A stretch of DNA of 64,000 bases from Azolla caroliniana. Lineage: Eukaryota > Plantae > Polypodiophyta. Positions 39,001 to 51,335 of this stretch are shown piece after piece; position 1 is the first letter of the stretch, and every line of letters starts with the position of its first letter. Both the position numbers and the translations under genes were made by a program. Under the pieces are notes generated by a model. The model made no database searches and was not told the origin of the DNA. It saw only the letters and a list, made by a program, of their open reading frames with translations. The stretch is taken from positions 12,896,001 through 12,960,000 of the forward strand of contig JBHGNT010000007.1 of NCBI GenBank assembly GCA_043228905.1, written 5' to 3'.

Positions 39001-42000
39001 TTGTTTGCCGTACTGGCAATGCTCGCAGAATTGGTGATCCGAGAAGGAGAGTTTGGGAATGTAACCGGCTCTGGATAGGTGCGTTATGCCGGCCTTGCTG
39101 AGGTGTCCAAGTTGTCTGTGCCATAACGATGACATGGGGATATCAACCAAAAATAGGTCACCCTCTTTGAGTGTGACATATAAAGGGTACAAGGAATGTA
39201 CCTTTGGTCCTCCAGCAAGCAGGAGGTTCCCTTTGTGGAGAGTCCTCCCTCCTAATGAGAACCTAGCACGGATGCTGGCTTCGTCAAGTTGTCCGACTGA
39301 GATCAAGGGTCTTGAGAGCTCAGGAACGTGTTAGACGTTGTGTAGTATGAGTGTAGAGCCACCTGGAAGGTTGAGCTCTACGGTGTTGATTCCGATTATA
39401 GCACAGTGCGGTGAGTTTCTGACTCGAACTGAGTCGGAGTGCCAGTTCGAGTATTGCCGAAACTGAGATCGGTGAGGTGTCACATGATACGATGCGCCCG
39501 AGTCCAGGAGCCATGTGCTCGATTCCTCAGTCGTAAGCAGAACTTCTGAGTCGACTCGGTTCTCTATGGATAGTATGTTCGGGTCGGTCGTCAAAATTTC
39601 AGTTGAAGAGCCAACGTAGTTGACCTCCTCATGACTGATCTGATCTGATCTGATCTCTGAGCTTTGTCGGTTTTTGCTTTGAGTGCCCGACAGTCGGCTT
39701 TGATGGGTCCCGGTTTCTTGCAGTAGTTGCAGATTCAGTTTTCCCGGAACTTGCTCCGGCTTCGTTGATTGTTTGGCAGTCGGGAAGAACTTCTTCCCTA
39801 GTTGTTCGATCGGTCGGTCTAACCTTGTACTACGTAAGCTTCATCTGCCGAGTCTTTGGCAAAAGACTTTCTTCGAGCTGCTTCAATCAGGATTGCGCTC
39901 GTGACTTCGGAGTACTTAATGATGGGAACTACAACGTTCCTTATGCGCAACGCTCGGCCACAACCGAGCTTAGAATGATACACAGAAAATGGGAAATAAA
40001 ACGCAACACAAAGAAGAGACAAGGTACACAGGAGGTTTACGTGGAAAACCCCAAACTAGGGGAAAAACCACGGCAGCCCACAGGCTGCAAACTATCACTA
40101 TAATGAAATGTACAACACTGAGTTCATTGAGGTACCAACCTCGTGCTCACAGATCTTCGCCACAGGCGGCGGTTACAACAGAGGCAACGACCTCTTTCTC
40201 TCTTTCTCTCTTTATACAGTTACGCACACTCTCTATTCTTGCACCAACAAGAATGACAACAACAACAACCATCTAAAAGTTTGCCCTAAGTCATATTTAT
40301 AATAATATGACTTTTCGGCTATTTACAAATGTAGCCGCAATGGACTATCAAAAACATATTTACTAATATGTCTCTTCATCCGGTTCATACCGGGTCTGTA
40401 CCATCCGGCTCTATGTAGCCGGGTACACTTTGACTGTCGCAATAGAGTCGGTATTCATCTTGTCGGATACCGAGCTCTCCGATGAAGTCCTTCATCCATA
40501 AGATTTCCTTGCCGGCTTCGACAGCTGCCATGTACTCCGCCTCTATGGTTGACAATGCAACCGTCTTCTGCAGCCTCGACTGCCACGAAACAGCTCCCCC
40601 TGCATATGTCATTACATACCCGGATGTAGACCGGCTGGTATCCACATCAGCTGACATGTCCGAATCGGTGAAACCGTCCAGTTGAGGCTTTCCGGAGCCG
40701 AATCGGAGACACATATTTGAAGTGCCCTTCAAACACCGGAGTATCCATTTGACCGCGTTCCAGTGCTCCTTGCCGGGATTGCTCATGAACCGGCTCACCA
40801 CTCTGACTGCGTATCCTATATCCGGTCGGGTACACACCATTGCGTACATCAAGCTCTCGACAGCAGAGGCATATGAAATCTTCATCATATCCGCCTTCTC
40901 TGCTTTTGTCTTCGAGCTTTGCTTACCGGATAGCCTGCAGTTTGCCGAAAGTGTCGATCCGACCGGTTTCGCCTCTGACATGTTGAACCGGTGAAGCACC
41001 TTTGTCACATACTTCTCCTGTGACAGCCATAATTGCTTCACAGCCCGGTCCCGAATGATGTGCATCCCCAGCATCTATCTTGCCGGACCCAAGTCTTTCA
41101 TTGAGAGCCTTCTTCAGCATCCGTATTTTGACTTGGTCCCGTCCGACGATCAACATGTCATCCACGTACAGAAGGAGTATTAGGAAGTCGCCTCCTTCGA
41201 ACTTCTTCACAAACACACAGTGATCGGCCTGTGTCTTGTGGTACCCTTGATCGGTCATGAAGGAGTCGAACTTCCGGTACCATTGCCGGGGGGCCTACTT
41301 CAACCCGTAGAGGCTCTTCTTCAGCCGGCAAACCAGGTGCTCCTTCCCTTTCTCCACGAATCCTTCCGGTTGCTGCATGTAGATCTCCTCTTCGAGGTCG
41401 CTGTGAAGGAATGTCGTCTTCATGTCCAGCTGCTCTACCTTAAGGTCCATGCTTGCCGCTATACTCAGCACCGTCCGGATGGAGGTCATCTTTACTACCG
41501 GGGCAAATATCTCGTCGAAGTCCACGCCCTTCTTCTGCTGGAACCCCTTCACCACGATCCTGGCTTTGTATCTCGGGGGGTTCCCGGCATCTCCCGGTTT
41601 CAACTTGTAGACCCACTTGTTTCGAAGTGCCCGCTTTCCTTTCGGCAACTCCACCAATTCGTACGTGGTTCTCATGCAGGGAATCCATCTCGTCCTGCAT
41701 GGCACTTAACCATTTTCGGCGGTGGGTGTTATTCTTCGCTTCTTCGAAGCTTTTCGGCTCCCCCTCATCGGTCAGCAGAACATGCTCTGCATCCGGAAAT
41801 CTCTGGGGGGCCCTTCTCTCTCTGAGAGGATATCTACGTCTTTGGGCTTCGGTGACCGGCTCATCCATCTGCTCTTCATCCGAATCCGATTCGGGGTCTT
41901 GGCCGGTTCCGGTTTCAGCTTCCTCTACTTCTTCTTTAGCCTGTTCGGTATCCTCACCGTAACCGGCTGGTCCCTCGAGTGCTAACCGGTCTCTTGTCGG

Positions 42001-42758
42001 TTGGGTCTGCTCATCGTAGAGTCGATCCTTACCGGTCGACTCGGAGTTAATTATCTTCTTCTCCGACTCCCAGTTGGCGAGTGTCTTGTCCTCCATGAAG
42101 ATAATATCTCGACTCCGGAATACCTTCTTGTCGACCGGGTCCCACACTCGGTAGCCGAACTCATCGTCACCGTAACCGAGGAATATGCATGGTCAGGTCT
42201 TTGGATCTAACTTTCCTCTCCGGTCCTTTGCTACATGCACGTACGCGAGACACCCGAACACCTTCAGATGCCGGTAGGACACTTCCTTACCGGTCCATAC
42301 TCTCTGTGGCGTGTCTCCGTCCAAGGGTACTGAGGGTGATCTGTTTATCACATATGTCGCCATCGACAATGCCTCAGCCCAAAACTTCTTGGGTAGTTTT
42401 GCATGCGCTAGCATACTCCGGACCCTCTCCATTATGGTCCGGTTCATCCTCTCGGCCAATCCGTTTAGTTCCGGCGTCTTCGGCACGGTAAATTCGAGCC
42501 AGATTCCCTTCGAGCGGCAGTACTCCTCGAATTGCCCCCGGTATTCTTCTCCGTTGTTTGCTCGAACCGCCTTTAGCTTCCGGCCGGTTTCTCTTTCCAC
42601 TCTCGCGTGGAGCTCTTTGAAGACAGATAGCACTTGATCCTTCGTCTTCAACGGTGTGGCCCACAGCTTCCGGCTGTGGTCATCTATAAACGTCACGAAG
42701 TACTGCGCTCCGTATGCACCAACTCTAGTGGTGCATTACGTCTCATCGGTGGCCTTGG

Positions 42759-44201
42759 TCAGAAAGAGGTCCGGTTTTGTTTACCGGTCAGACAGTCAGT
42801 GCACTTCTCCAAGTGCACGTTCTTCACTGGAATGAGGTTGTCATCTGCAAGCCTCTTCATCCCCTTCTCGCTCATATGACACAGTCTCTTGTGCCACAGC
42901 TCACCGGTAGTGTCGGATGCCACGTTCACTTCTTCCGGGCATAACCGGGCATTCATCAGGTACAGTGTGTTGACCTTCCGGGCCCGAGCCACAATCAGGC
43001 TCCCTTTGCTGAACTTCATGACACCGTTCCGGATGCTACCCGTGTAGCCTTCATCATCTAGTTGACCGGCTGATATCAGGCTCAGACGAACCTCCGGAAC
43101 GTGTCGGACATCCTTCAGCAGCAACTTGCATCCGGTTGGTGTTGACAGCCACACGTCTCCTATACCGACAATTCGGCATGTACCTTCATTCCCCATCCGG
43201 ACACAGCCGTGGTCACCGGTTGAGTAGGATGAGAAGCATTTCCGGTTCGGGGTAAGGTGGAACGATGCTCCGGAGTCTACCACCCAGGTCATCTCGTCAC
43301 CGGCAAGGTTTATCTCACTCTCCTCGGTGATGCGCATCAACTCTTCTTCACTTGCCGCGATTGTCGTCGTTCCCTTCCGGTCCGTCCCCTTCCGGTCTTT
43401 ACCGTTCCGGTCCGGGGTCCGCTTCGAATCGGTACCGTCGGTTTCCTTGTCTTTACGGAAATGCCGACAGTTCTTTTGGAAGTGACCCGGCTTGCCGCAA
43501 TAGAAGCAAGTGGGCCTCCCCCTTGACTTTGACCGTGTCCCCAACTTCTCCCGGTTTTGGGGACTACGGTTTTTATGTCTTCCGCGTTCCGATTCGGTAA
43601 GGAGCGCTTTGGAGTCGGAGCTCGTATCTTTATCTTTCCGACGCGCCTCCTCATCTAGCAAGCTCGACTTTACTCTTGCTAGGGATAACCGTTTTCCTTC
43701 CGGCCCGGCGTTGCCCAAAGTGACAACCAACGTCTCCCAGCTATTCGGGAGGGAACCGAGCAGGAGTAGCGCTAGTACCTCATCGGCGAGAGGTACTTCC
43801 AATGAAGTTGCCTGGTGGATCAGCCCCTGGAAGGCATTCATGTGCTCTGCCATGCTGGAGCCATCTTGGTACCGGAGTCTTACTAGCTTCCAAAATACCG
43901 ACACCTGATTGACAACATTTTTGTTCTGAAACATTATGCTGATCTTCTCCCAGAGCTCATGAGCCTTGCTCTCTTCATTGAAGTTGTTGTACAGGCTCAT
44001 GTCGATGAAGCACCGTATGTACGCCGTTGTCTTCATGTGCATCAACTCCCATATCGCGGCGTCGATTTTGTCCGGTCTCTTGTCCCCGAATTGAACCGGC
44101 AGCCAGAGGTCTTTAACCACGAGCATGTCCCTCATCTTCGACTTCCACACTGAATAGTTGGAGCTGGTGAGCTTGAACATGCCGCCAAACGATTCGTCCA
44201 T
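42759..44201 (-). CDS. Copia Gag-protease-GAG-pre-integrase ORF (480 aa) of element B
   Basis: CFYCGKPGHFQKNC, WVVDSGASFH, LWHKRLCHMSEKG..CTDCLTGKQ. Confidence 0.85.
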   Translation of the reverse strand: MDESFGGMFKLTSSNYSVWKSKMRDMLVVKDLWLPVQFGDKRPDKIDAAIWELMHMKTTAYIRCFIDMSLYNNFNEESKAHELWEKISIMFQNKNVVNQVSVFWKLVRLRYQDGSSMAEHMNAFQGLIHQATSLEVPLADEVLALLLLGSLPNSWETLVVTLGNAGPEGKRLSLARVKSSLLDEEARRKDKDTSSDSKALLTESERGRHKNRSPQNREKLGTRSKSRGRPTCFYCGKPGHFQKNCRHFRKDKETDGTDSKRTPDRNGKDRKGTDRKGTTTIAASEEELMRITEESEINLAGDEMTWVVDSGASFHLTPNRKCFSSYSTGDHGCVRMGNEGTCRIVGIGDVWLSTPTGCKLLLKDVRHVPEVRLSLISAGQLDDEGYTGSIRNGVMKFSKGSLIVARARKVNTLYLMNARLCPEEVNVASDTTGELWHKRLCHMSEKGMKRLADDNLIPVKNVHLEKCTDCLTGKQNRTSF

Positions 44202-44693
44202 TTTCTGTGTCGATTTTTCTCTGATACCACTTGATGGGAACTACAACGTTCCTTATGCGCAACGCTCGGCCACAACCGAGCTTAGAATGATACACAGAAA
44301 ACGGGAAATAAAACGCGACACAAAGAAGAGACAAGGTACACAGGAGGTTTACGTGGAAAACCCCAAACTAGGGGAAAAACCACAGCAGCCCACAGGCTGC
44401 AAACTATCACTATAATGAAATGTACAACACTGAGTTCATTGAGGCACCAACCTCGTGCTCACAGATCTTCGCCACAGGCGGCGGTTACAACAGAGGCAAC
44501 GACCTCTTTCTCTCTCTCTCTCTCTCTCTCTGTACAGTTACGCACACTCTCTATTCTTGCACCAACAAGAATGACAACAACAACAACCATCTAAAAGTTT
44601 GCCCTAAGTCATATTAATAATAATATGACTTTTCGGCTATTTACAAATGTAGCCGCAATGGACTATCAAAAACATATTTACTAATTAATATGT

Positions 44694-44928
44694 CTCTTCA
44701 TCCGGTTCATACCGGGTCTGTACAATCCGGCTCTCTATAGCCGGGTACTCTTCATCCGGTTCACACCGGGTCTGCACCATTCGGCTCTCCGTAGCCGGGT
44801 ACTCTTCATCCGGTTCACACCGGGTCTGCACCATCCGGCTCTCCGTAGCCGGGTACTCTTCATCCGGTTCACACCGGGTCTGCACCATCCGGCTCTCCAT
44901 AGCCGGGTACTCTTCATCCGGTTCACAC
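44694..44928. repeat. 54-bp tandem repeat (~4.4 copies) in LTR U3
   Basis: Unit CTCTTCATCCGGTTCACACCGGGTCTGCACCATCCGGCTCTCCGTAGCCGGGTA. Confidence 0.9.
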
Positions 44929-45583
44929 CAAGGCCTATCGGCCTCGGCCGAGATTGTTCGTCTGCACTGTTCTTCTCCCTTCCCATCCGGAGGGACCTGT
45001 CTCCCAACACTTAACGGCAGCTATTGAAGCATTGCACACGGTTGTAATGAAAGTTTCCCATGAAGAGGGGAGACTACTCATGAGTATCATTGCTCTGAGT
45101 TCATCCTCGATTGCCGTCCCCTGAGATGAGATTTGGGAGCTTATGCTTTTGTACTTGTTGAGGTGTGCCTGAACCGAATCAGATTCTTTCATCCGGAAGT
45201 TGTAGAGGCGCCGGATCAGATACATCTTCGTTGCCACAACCTTCTTTTCATACATTTCCGACAGTGTTTTCCAAAGTTCAAAAGTTGTCGTGAATGATTG
45301 CACTGTGAAGTACATTGACTCCGACAAGTGCATCCGAATTGTGGTGCGGACGATTCTGTCCAGCTTGAGCCACTCGTTTGCCTTATATGCTTCTGGAGGA
45401 TTTTCATACTCAATCGAGTCTATCTAACCCTTGACTATGAGATAGTCCTGCATTTGTTCCTTCCAGAAGTTGAAGTTTGAACTGTCGAACCTCCTTAGAC
45501 TCATCTCCGATGAGCCAGATGTTGATGCCATTTGCTTCGGTTTCAGTTGGTAGGACTCGTTTCGGAGTTGACTACGAACCTTA

Positions 45584-46340
45584 TGACGGGAACTCAACGC
45601 TCCTTATGTGCAATGCTCGGCCACAACCGAGCTTAGAATCATACACAGAAAGTGGGAAATAAAACACGACACAAAGAAGAGAAGGGTACACAGGATGTTG
45701 ACGTGGAAAACCCAAACTAAGGGAAAAACCACGGCAGCCCACAGGTTGCAAACTATCACTATGTTAGTATGTACAACAGTGAGTTCACGGAGGCAACGAC
45801 CTCGTGCTCACGATCCTTGCCACAGGCGGCGGTTACAACAAAGGCAACGACCTCTTTCTCTCTCTCTCTCTCTGTACACAGTTATGCGCTCTCTCTCTCC
45901 TTGCACCAACAAGAATGACAACAACAGTAAATAAAAGTTTGCCCTAAGTCATATTTATACTAATATGACTTTTCGGCTATTTACAAATATAGCCTCGATG
46001 GACTCTCAGAAACATATTTATGAATATGTCTCTTCATCCGGTTTCGGCATTCCTCACCGGGTCTGCGCCATCCGGCTCTCCGTAGCCGGGTACTCCTCAT
46101 CCGGTTCTCACCGGGTCTGCGCCATCCGGCTCTCCGTAGCCGGGTATTCCTCATCCGGTTCTCACTGGGTCTGCGTCATCCGGCTCTCCGTAGCTGGGTA
46201 CTCCTCATCCGGTTCTCACCGGGTCTGCGTCATCCGGCTCTTCGTAGCCGGGTACTCCTCATTCGGTTTTGGCCTCGGCCGAGTTAGTTCATCGGCACAG
46301 TTCTTCTCTCTTCCCATCCGGAGGGACCTGTCTCCCAACA
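45584..46340 (-). mobile_element. Solo LTR of a B-family variant with its own 54-bp array (about 46030-46268)
   Basis: TGACGGG...CCCAACA; perfect TSD CCTTA at 45579-45583 and 46341-46345; aligns with 44232-45009. Confidence 0.95.
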
Positions 46341-46702
46341 CCTTAGTGGGGTGCAGCCGGTCGGCTCACCCGATATCGTTCTAGTCGGTTTTGAACCCGA
46401 GTCGATTTGGTTTCAGATACTTGTTGCTGAACTTGCTCGGACTTACTCCGATAACTTGAGGGACAGAACCGGCTGGTCTTCTTGCGGCCGTCATAGTACA
46501 CCACACAACATTCTACTTTCGTTTTCTTCCAATAGCAACAGCTACAAAGAATGACAACCGACCTTAACTAAAGGTTACAAAGTCACTTTATATAGTGACT
46601 ATCCTAGGGCAACTGCCCTTTATGCTATTTACAGAAATAGCCCAAACTTGGGCTATCCAAAGAGATAGTGTGAATATGGCCATTTTACACTCGTATTCGA
46701 CA

Positions 46703-47729
46703 CGAACAAGTTGCAATACTTCACCAAAATGCTTGGTGTTCAATATCTCGACGTGCCGCACTTGAGGGGGGGGAACGGGCAAAGGCAAAGAAATTGCTGA
46801 CGGCAATGGACAAGGAACCGGAAAGGGAAGAACCAACAAAGGGGGAGACAAGAGGAAAAAGGAAGCCGAATCGATGAAGGAAGTTGGCACATTATAACAA
46901 GTCCGAACGAGTGGCATCGGCAGCAGAATCAAGAAGGACAGAGCCATCCGAAAGGAGAAGGCCAAGACTAGAACATGGTCTGATGTGGTGAAGGGCCTGA
47001 AATCGGAAGAAGAGTTGGAGAACACCGACTCCGACAAGAACGGGAATGAATCGGAGACAGCGAGTTCCATTCGGAGGAGGCGAATCAACTAAACGCCAAG
47101 CGGACACGGACACAGTGGAAGTCGACGCCAACACGAAGGAACCGACGGGTCGACAAGCGCCGGAGTCGTAGTAGCAAGGGAGCTTAAATGGGCATGTTGA
47201 GCAGACAGGCCAACCGAGGAGGTCGAGGTGCGCAAAACCAGAAGGGTCGTGGCAAACAAGACCATACCAAATGAGGAGTGCGAGGAAGGCGGAGCAACGC
47301 CGGAAGGAGCCGGGTAGAAGAACCGGCTGCCATGGACACTAACACCATGATCCGACCTCAACTTGAGCTTGAGGGGGAGTCTTGAGCGAGCAAGCTCAAC
47401 CGGATCTGGATTAGTTGAATAAGCCTGAGCCGGATCGAGGAGACGAATCAGGGAGACGGATCGGAGAGCCGGATTCGAGCACGAACCAGAAACCTAGTAG
47501 TAGCCTAGAATACTAGGTAATCATTGTCTCGTAGTTAGTGTCAATCGCATGTAGGAATATTGAAGTACCTGTCAATACTTTTGAGGACTTGTATAAAGAG
47601 TGTTGTGTAAGCACATTGTATGTATAGAGTTTACAAAGTATTTTTGAATTTATGTTTATGTTCTGCTCTCTCTCCTGCGTATACTCTCTGTGTATTAAGC
47701 TTCTCCATTAAACCTTCATTCTATTTTCA
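46703..47729 (+). mobile_element. Host Copia H right part: end of RNase H, 3' region, PPT and 3' LTR
   Basis: Frame resumes as KLQYFTKMLGVQYLDVPHLRGG; PPT GAGGGGGAG at 47371-47379; LTR 47380-~47729 with TATAAA near 47592. Confidence 0.8.
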
Positions 47730-50075
47730 CCGGAGACGATTTCCAGTCGTATGGTTCGCAAATGCCGATTTCTCTCCAGAGAAGGTGAGTTGCGCTCCTT
47801 CAAGCCGGTTCAATGTCTTCTCGTAGTCGGCGATGTGGTCTGACATGAACTTCCTACATTCGTCCTCTCCGACCAACTCATCCTTCGCGTCCTCCAGGCA
47901 TCCCTTTATTGGGATGTCATCCAGAAATGGCATGTTGACGTCCAGGATGCAATCCCTCAACACTTTGTTCATTGCATTCACCATGTGCGCCACTGAATTG
48001 GTACCACCTTGCGGCAGGGTTCACATCTGAACTAAGCCGAGAGGGGTCCGCATCGTCATGATGTCTCTGCTTTCAATGGCTAGCTAGAATTGATCGTACC
48101 CTGAGTATAGATAGTCGACCGAGTAGATTAACCTTCCGGTGAAGGCCTCCGCAAACTCATCGATTGTCGGCCGTACTCTTGCGTTTTGAATGGTCACCTT
48201 GTTGATCGGTTGTAGGTCCTGAATGAAGCGCAATGTGCCATTCTTTTTCGGCACGACGAACCACCAATTCGAATATGGAGCACTCAACGGATTGAGAATT
48301 CACCATGTTGAAATTTTCCTTGAGCAACTGCATCAACTTTGGGATGTGCGCTCTCGGCACCAAAATCGGTTTGAGGTTCCATGTTATAGGCGGCACTATG
48401 AAGATTACCATCGGTTCCACGATTGTCGGGTAGAGACACCCGATCTCCCCCGGTGAGAATGCAAAGGCCTTCCCATGCCTTTCGAGCATCCTCTAGAACC
48501 GGTCCGCCTTTGCAGGCAGTAGGAAGCCACCCCACCGATCTTCAACTTCCGTAGCATCTACACAGTGAAGCGGTGCCCTATGCCATACGGATCTCATAAA
48601 CTTGGGTTGATCGCGACCCCTTTCATCCGCTCCCAACTATCCTCCGGTAAGGGATCCACAACTGGCCTCACCTTCCGGTCCACTGTCTTGTACTTAGTGC
48701 CCACTTGAGCGGTCCGATCTGCCCCGACCGTCCATCCGAACTCCGCGATAACCTCGTCCTCGTCAATTGAACCGACTGGAATTGTCTGACCTTCACTTAG
48801 GCCTTCCTCTATCACCTTCCTGATCTCTTTGAGAATGTCTTCGAATGAGACCACCTTCACGATGCCACTAATCTTGTTGTCGGGACCCAAGGCTCCCAAG
48901 TCTTCAAGTGCCCTTGGACCCATCTTTTCTCCCGGCCAGCGATGCCGGTTATGATACAACCTCCATTTCCAGAGAGCCAAAACTTCGTACTGAGGGTACA
49001 AGTGTGGGGATTCTTCCGGTTGTCTGGACTATCACGACCCCACATTTTGATAGACCTCTCGAAAAATCCTCTCGACGCTCGGTGCCAAGGGAGTTCTGGT
49101 TCCTCTCATGGTTCAGTCGAACCGTAAAAAATTGGACGGAGGGCCAACCATCTTGGCTCTTCACCCTCGTGTATGTCAAACCGTTGTCCAACACCTTGGT
49201 CTCCATTTGACCTGCCGTGATGTAGGGTTCGGCGAGTATCACTAGATGGGAGGATGTCTCCTGCACGAAGAAGAGTTGGTTGATTTTGACGTCACCGACC
49301 TTCACCCATACATTTGGGCATGCATCGTGCAGCTCCTCCATAGTGCGGATCGCTGCATATATCCTCCATCTGTGATTTGTATTGATCAGCCATTTGCCCT
49401 TCTTGTATAAGTCCATAGACATTAGGTTTATCTCTGATCCTTGGTCAATCAGAGCCGCTACCCATTATTTCACATCCCCGATCCGAATTGGGGTCTCCGT
49501 TGTCACTCTTGCCCAATGCGGCCGCATGTAGTGGCTTTCGGCATATTCCTCCTCTGCCACCACCTCATCGATATGCGTTGCCTTGACATCAACCAACTTC
49601 TCGTTTTCACGCTCCGTCGAAGCTGCTTTCTCTTCGCGAGGTCGATGATTGAGTCGTGTAACTCTTTCTTTGCAAGTCCTAACTCCTCCCACAATGAGAG
49701 TTCCACTCGACTATCGAGGACCCGCTCCTCTAGGGCCTTTCATAGGTCCGTCGTCTTTTCTATTTTCGAGCTCAGTCGGAAGCTCGGGAATTTTCCCTTG
49801 TCTTTCTCCTGTCAGTGAGCCAAACCAACGTCATTCTTTCGTGGTCCTCCTCAAGTGTCGTAGTGATTTGAAGCACCTGCTCCTCCCGCCTTCCTAACTC
49901 ATTTGTCTTCAACCAGAACTTCATAGTTCTGGCATGCGGCTTCTACGAAGTTGATTTTCTCCTCAACCAGATCGGCCCATTGAGTGACATCCCGAACCCG
50001 TGTCTCCGCGCGGTTCGCCTCCTCCTTCTTCAACTTCTTCCCGGAGAAGCCTTCCAGTATAACCGGCCAAAATTC
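47730..50075 (-). pseudogene. Gypsy gag-end/PR/RT remnant of a lineage resembling fungal Gypsy elements
   Basis: ALIDQGSEINLMS, TKYKTVDRKVRPV, WFVVPKKNGTLRFIQDLQPINKVT, YLYSGYDQF, LPQGGTNSVAHM, PFLDDIPIKG. Confidence 0.85.
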
Positions 50076-50531
50076 TGAAGAGAATCATACTTGGACACAA
50101 CCGGGTTTCAAATACTAATGGAAGATTAACAGAAAGTAGAAACAATGCACTTACGCAAAACAACGAGATGACACCAAATGTTTACGTGGAAAACCTCGAG
50201 AGACAAAAACCACGGGAGTTCACAGACTCCAAATAGGATCACTATATGGGAGAGGTACTATAATGGGAGACTCAAAGGCAATGACCTCGAGCTCTATGTC
50301 TTCACCAACCAGCGGTTACAACAGAAAAGCTTTATGTATATCTCTTTCTCTATACAATAGTACCTAACTCTTGCTCGCACAAAACTATTATTGCCCTAGT
50401 TATATTTATACTTATATAACTTTGGAGCTATTTACAAATATGACCTCAACAATCACATCCGAATGTATTTACTAATATATCCCCACTTCTCGTTTACATC
50501 ATATCCTGCTGGATACATCCAGTCTTGTTCC

Positions 50532-50952
50532 TTCCTCCAGCTCGTCAGATCCGGCTCGTCAAGTTCCTATCCGAAGGCACCGGTTTTTGAACAAAACTCC
50601 CCCTTCACTCCGGCATGGGATGTCTTGTCAACCTGATCTCTCTTCAGCACACATCCAACTTCTCAGCCAACAACACCTTGGTCAACATGTCCGACCCGTT
50701 CTCCTCCGTGTGGATCTTCATCAGCGAAAAATCTTTGTCTTCCTCCAACTCGTCAGATCCGGCTCGTCAAGTTCCTATCCGAAGGCACCGGTTTTTGAAC
50801 AAAACTCCCCCTTCACTCCGGCATGGGATGTCTTGTCAACCCCATCTCTCTTCAGCACACATCCAACTTCTCAGCCGACAACACCTTGGTCAACATGTCC
50901 GACCCGTTCTCCTCCGTGTGGATCTTCATCAGCAAAAAATCTTTGTCTTCTA
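50532..50952. repeat. 208-bp tandem duplication spanning the RNase H end, PPT and LTR start
   Basis: CTCGTCAGATCC at 50541 and 50749; copies near-identical. Confidence 0.9.
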
Positions 50953-50975
50953 CCTTCTTCCAAAGCTAGTGATAT

Positions 50976-51335
50976 TGTCATAAACAGGATGCCACATGGA
51001 ATGTAAGGGGTTGAACTCATGACCTCCTAGTTTTATTGGGCAACCTTACCAATTGAGCTACATCCATTTATACATTATTATATTGTATAAGATTCAACTT
51101 ATTATAGTGTAAGTTAATCATTAGAACTTTCAAGAAACTTCTAGAGAATGCATCTTAATGCACTCTCTAGAAGTTTCCTAGGTTACGTGCATACCTCCAC
51201 ATTCTTGTATAAATACTCTGGTGCACCTTGATAACAAGGCGAACAACACTAGTTACGGAAGCATAATATCACTTCTTGTTATCTTGTCTATTCTCTCTCT
51301 CCCTTTCTTATTCTCTCGTCTACCCGCCCATGACA
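50976..51335 (+). mobile_element. Solo LTR (360 bp) containing a tRNA-like segment
   Basis: TGTCAT...ATGACA termini, perfect TSD GATAT, TATAAATA near 51208. Confidence 0.9.

Larger units (their letters stand above)
39920..45009 (-). mobile_element. Copia element B (Tnt1-like) nested in the gag of element A
   Basis: TSD CTTAA at 39915-39919 and 45010-45014; 5' LTR 44232-45009; PBS TGGTATCAGA at 44220-44229; near-identical 3' LTR 39920-~40426, truncated by a deletion that joins it to RNase H; gag-PR ORF 42759-44201; INT/RT/RH frameshifted. Confidence 0.95.
35896..46702 (-). mobile_element. Copia element A (Tork/Tnt1-like), degenerate, inserted in H and carrying two nested insertions
   Basis: 3' LTR 35896-36229 containing (AG)n, PPT at 36230-36237; RH/RT 36425-37550; INT-RT ORF 37552-39306; PR WLLDSGASYH; gag split at 39919/45010; partial 5' LTR 46520-46702; flanks CAGAC/CGAAC. 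Confidence 0.9.

Noticed and set aside
44685-46384. Repeat-protein ORFs (ESRMVQTRCEPDEEYPAT; RLSVAGYSSSGSHRVC)
   Set aside because: They are by-products of the 54-bp LTR arrays, which stay open because the unit length is a multiple of three.
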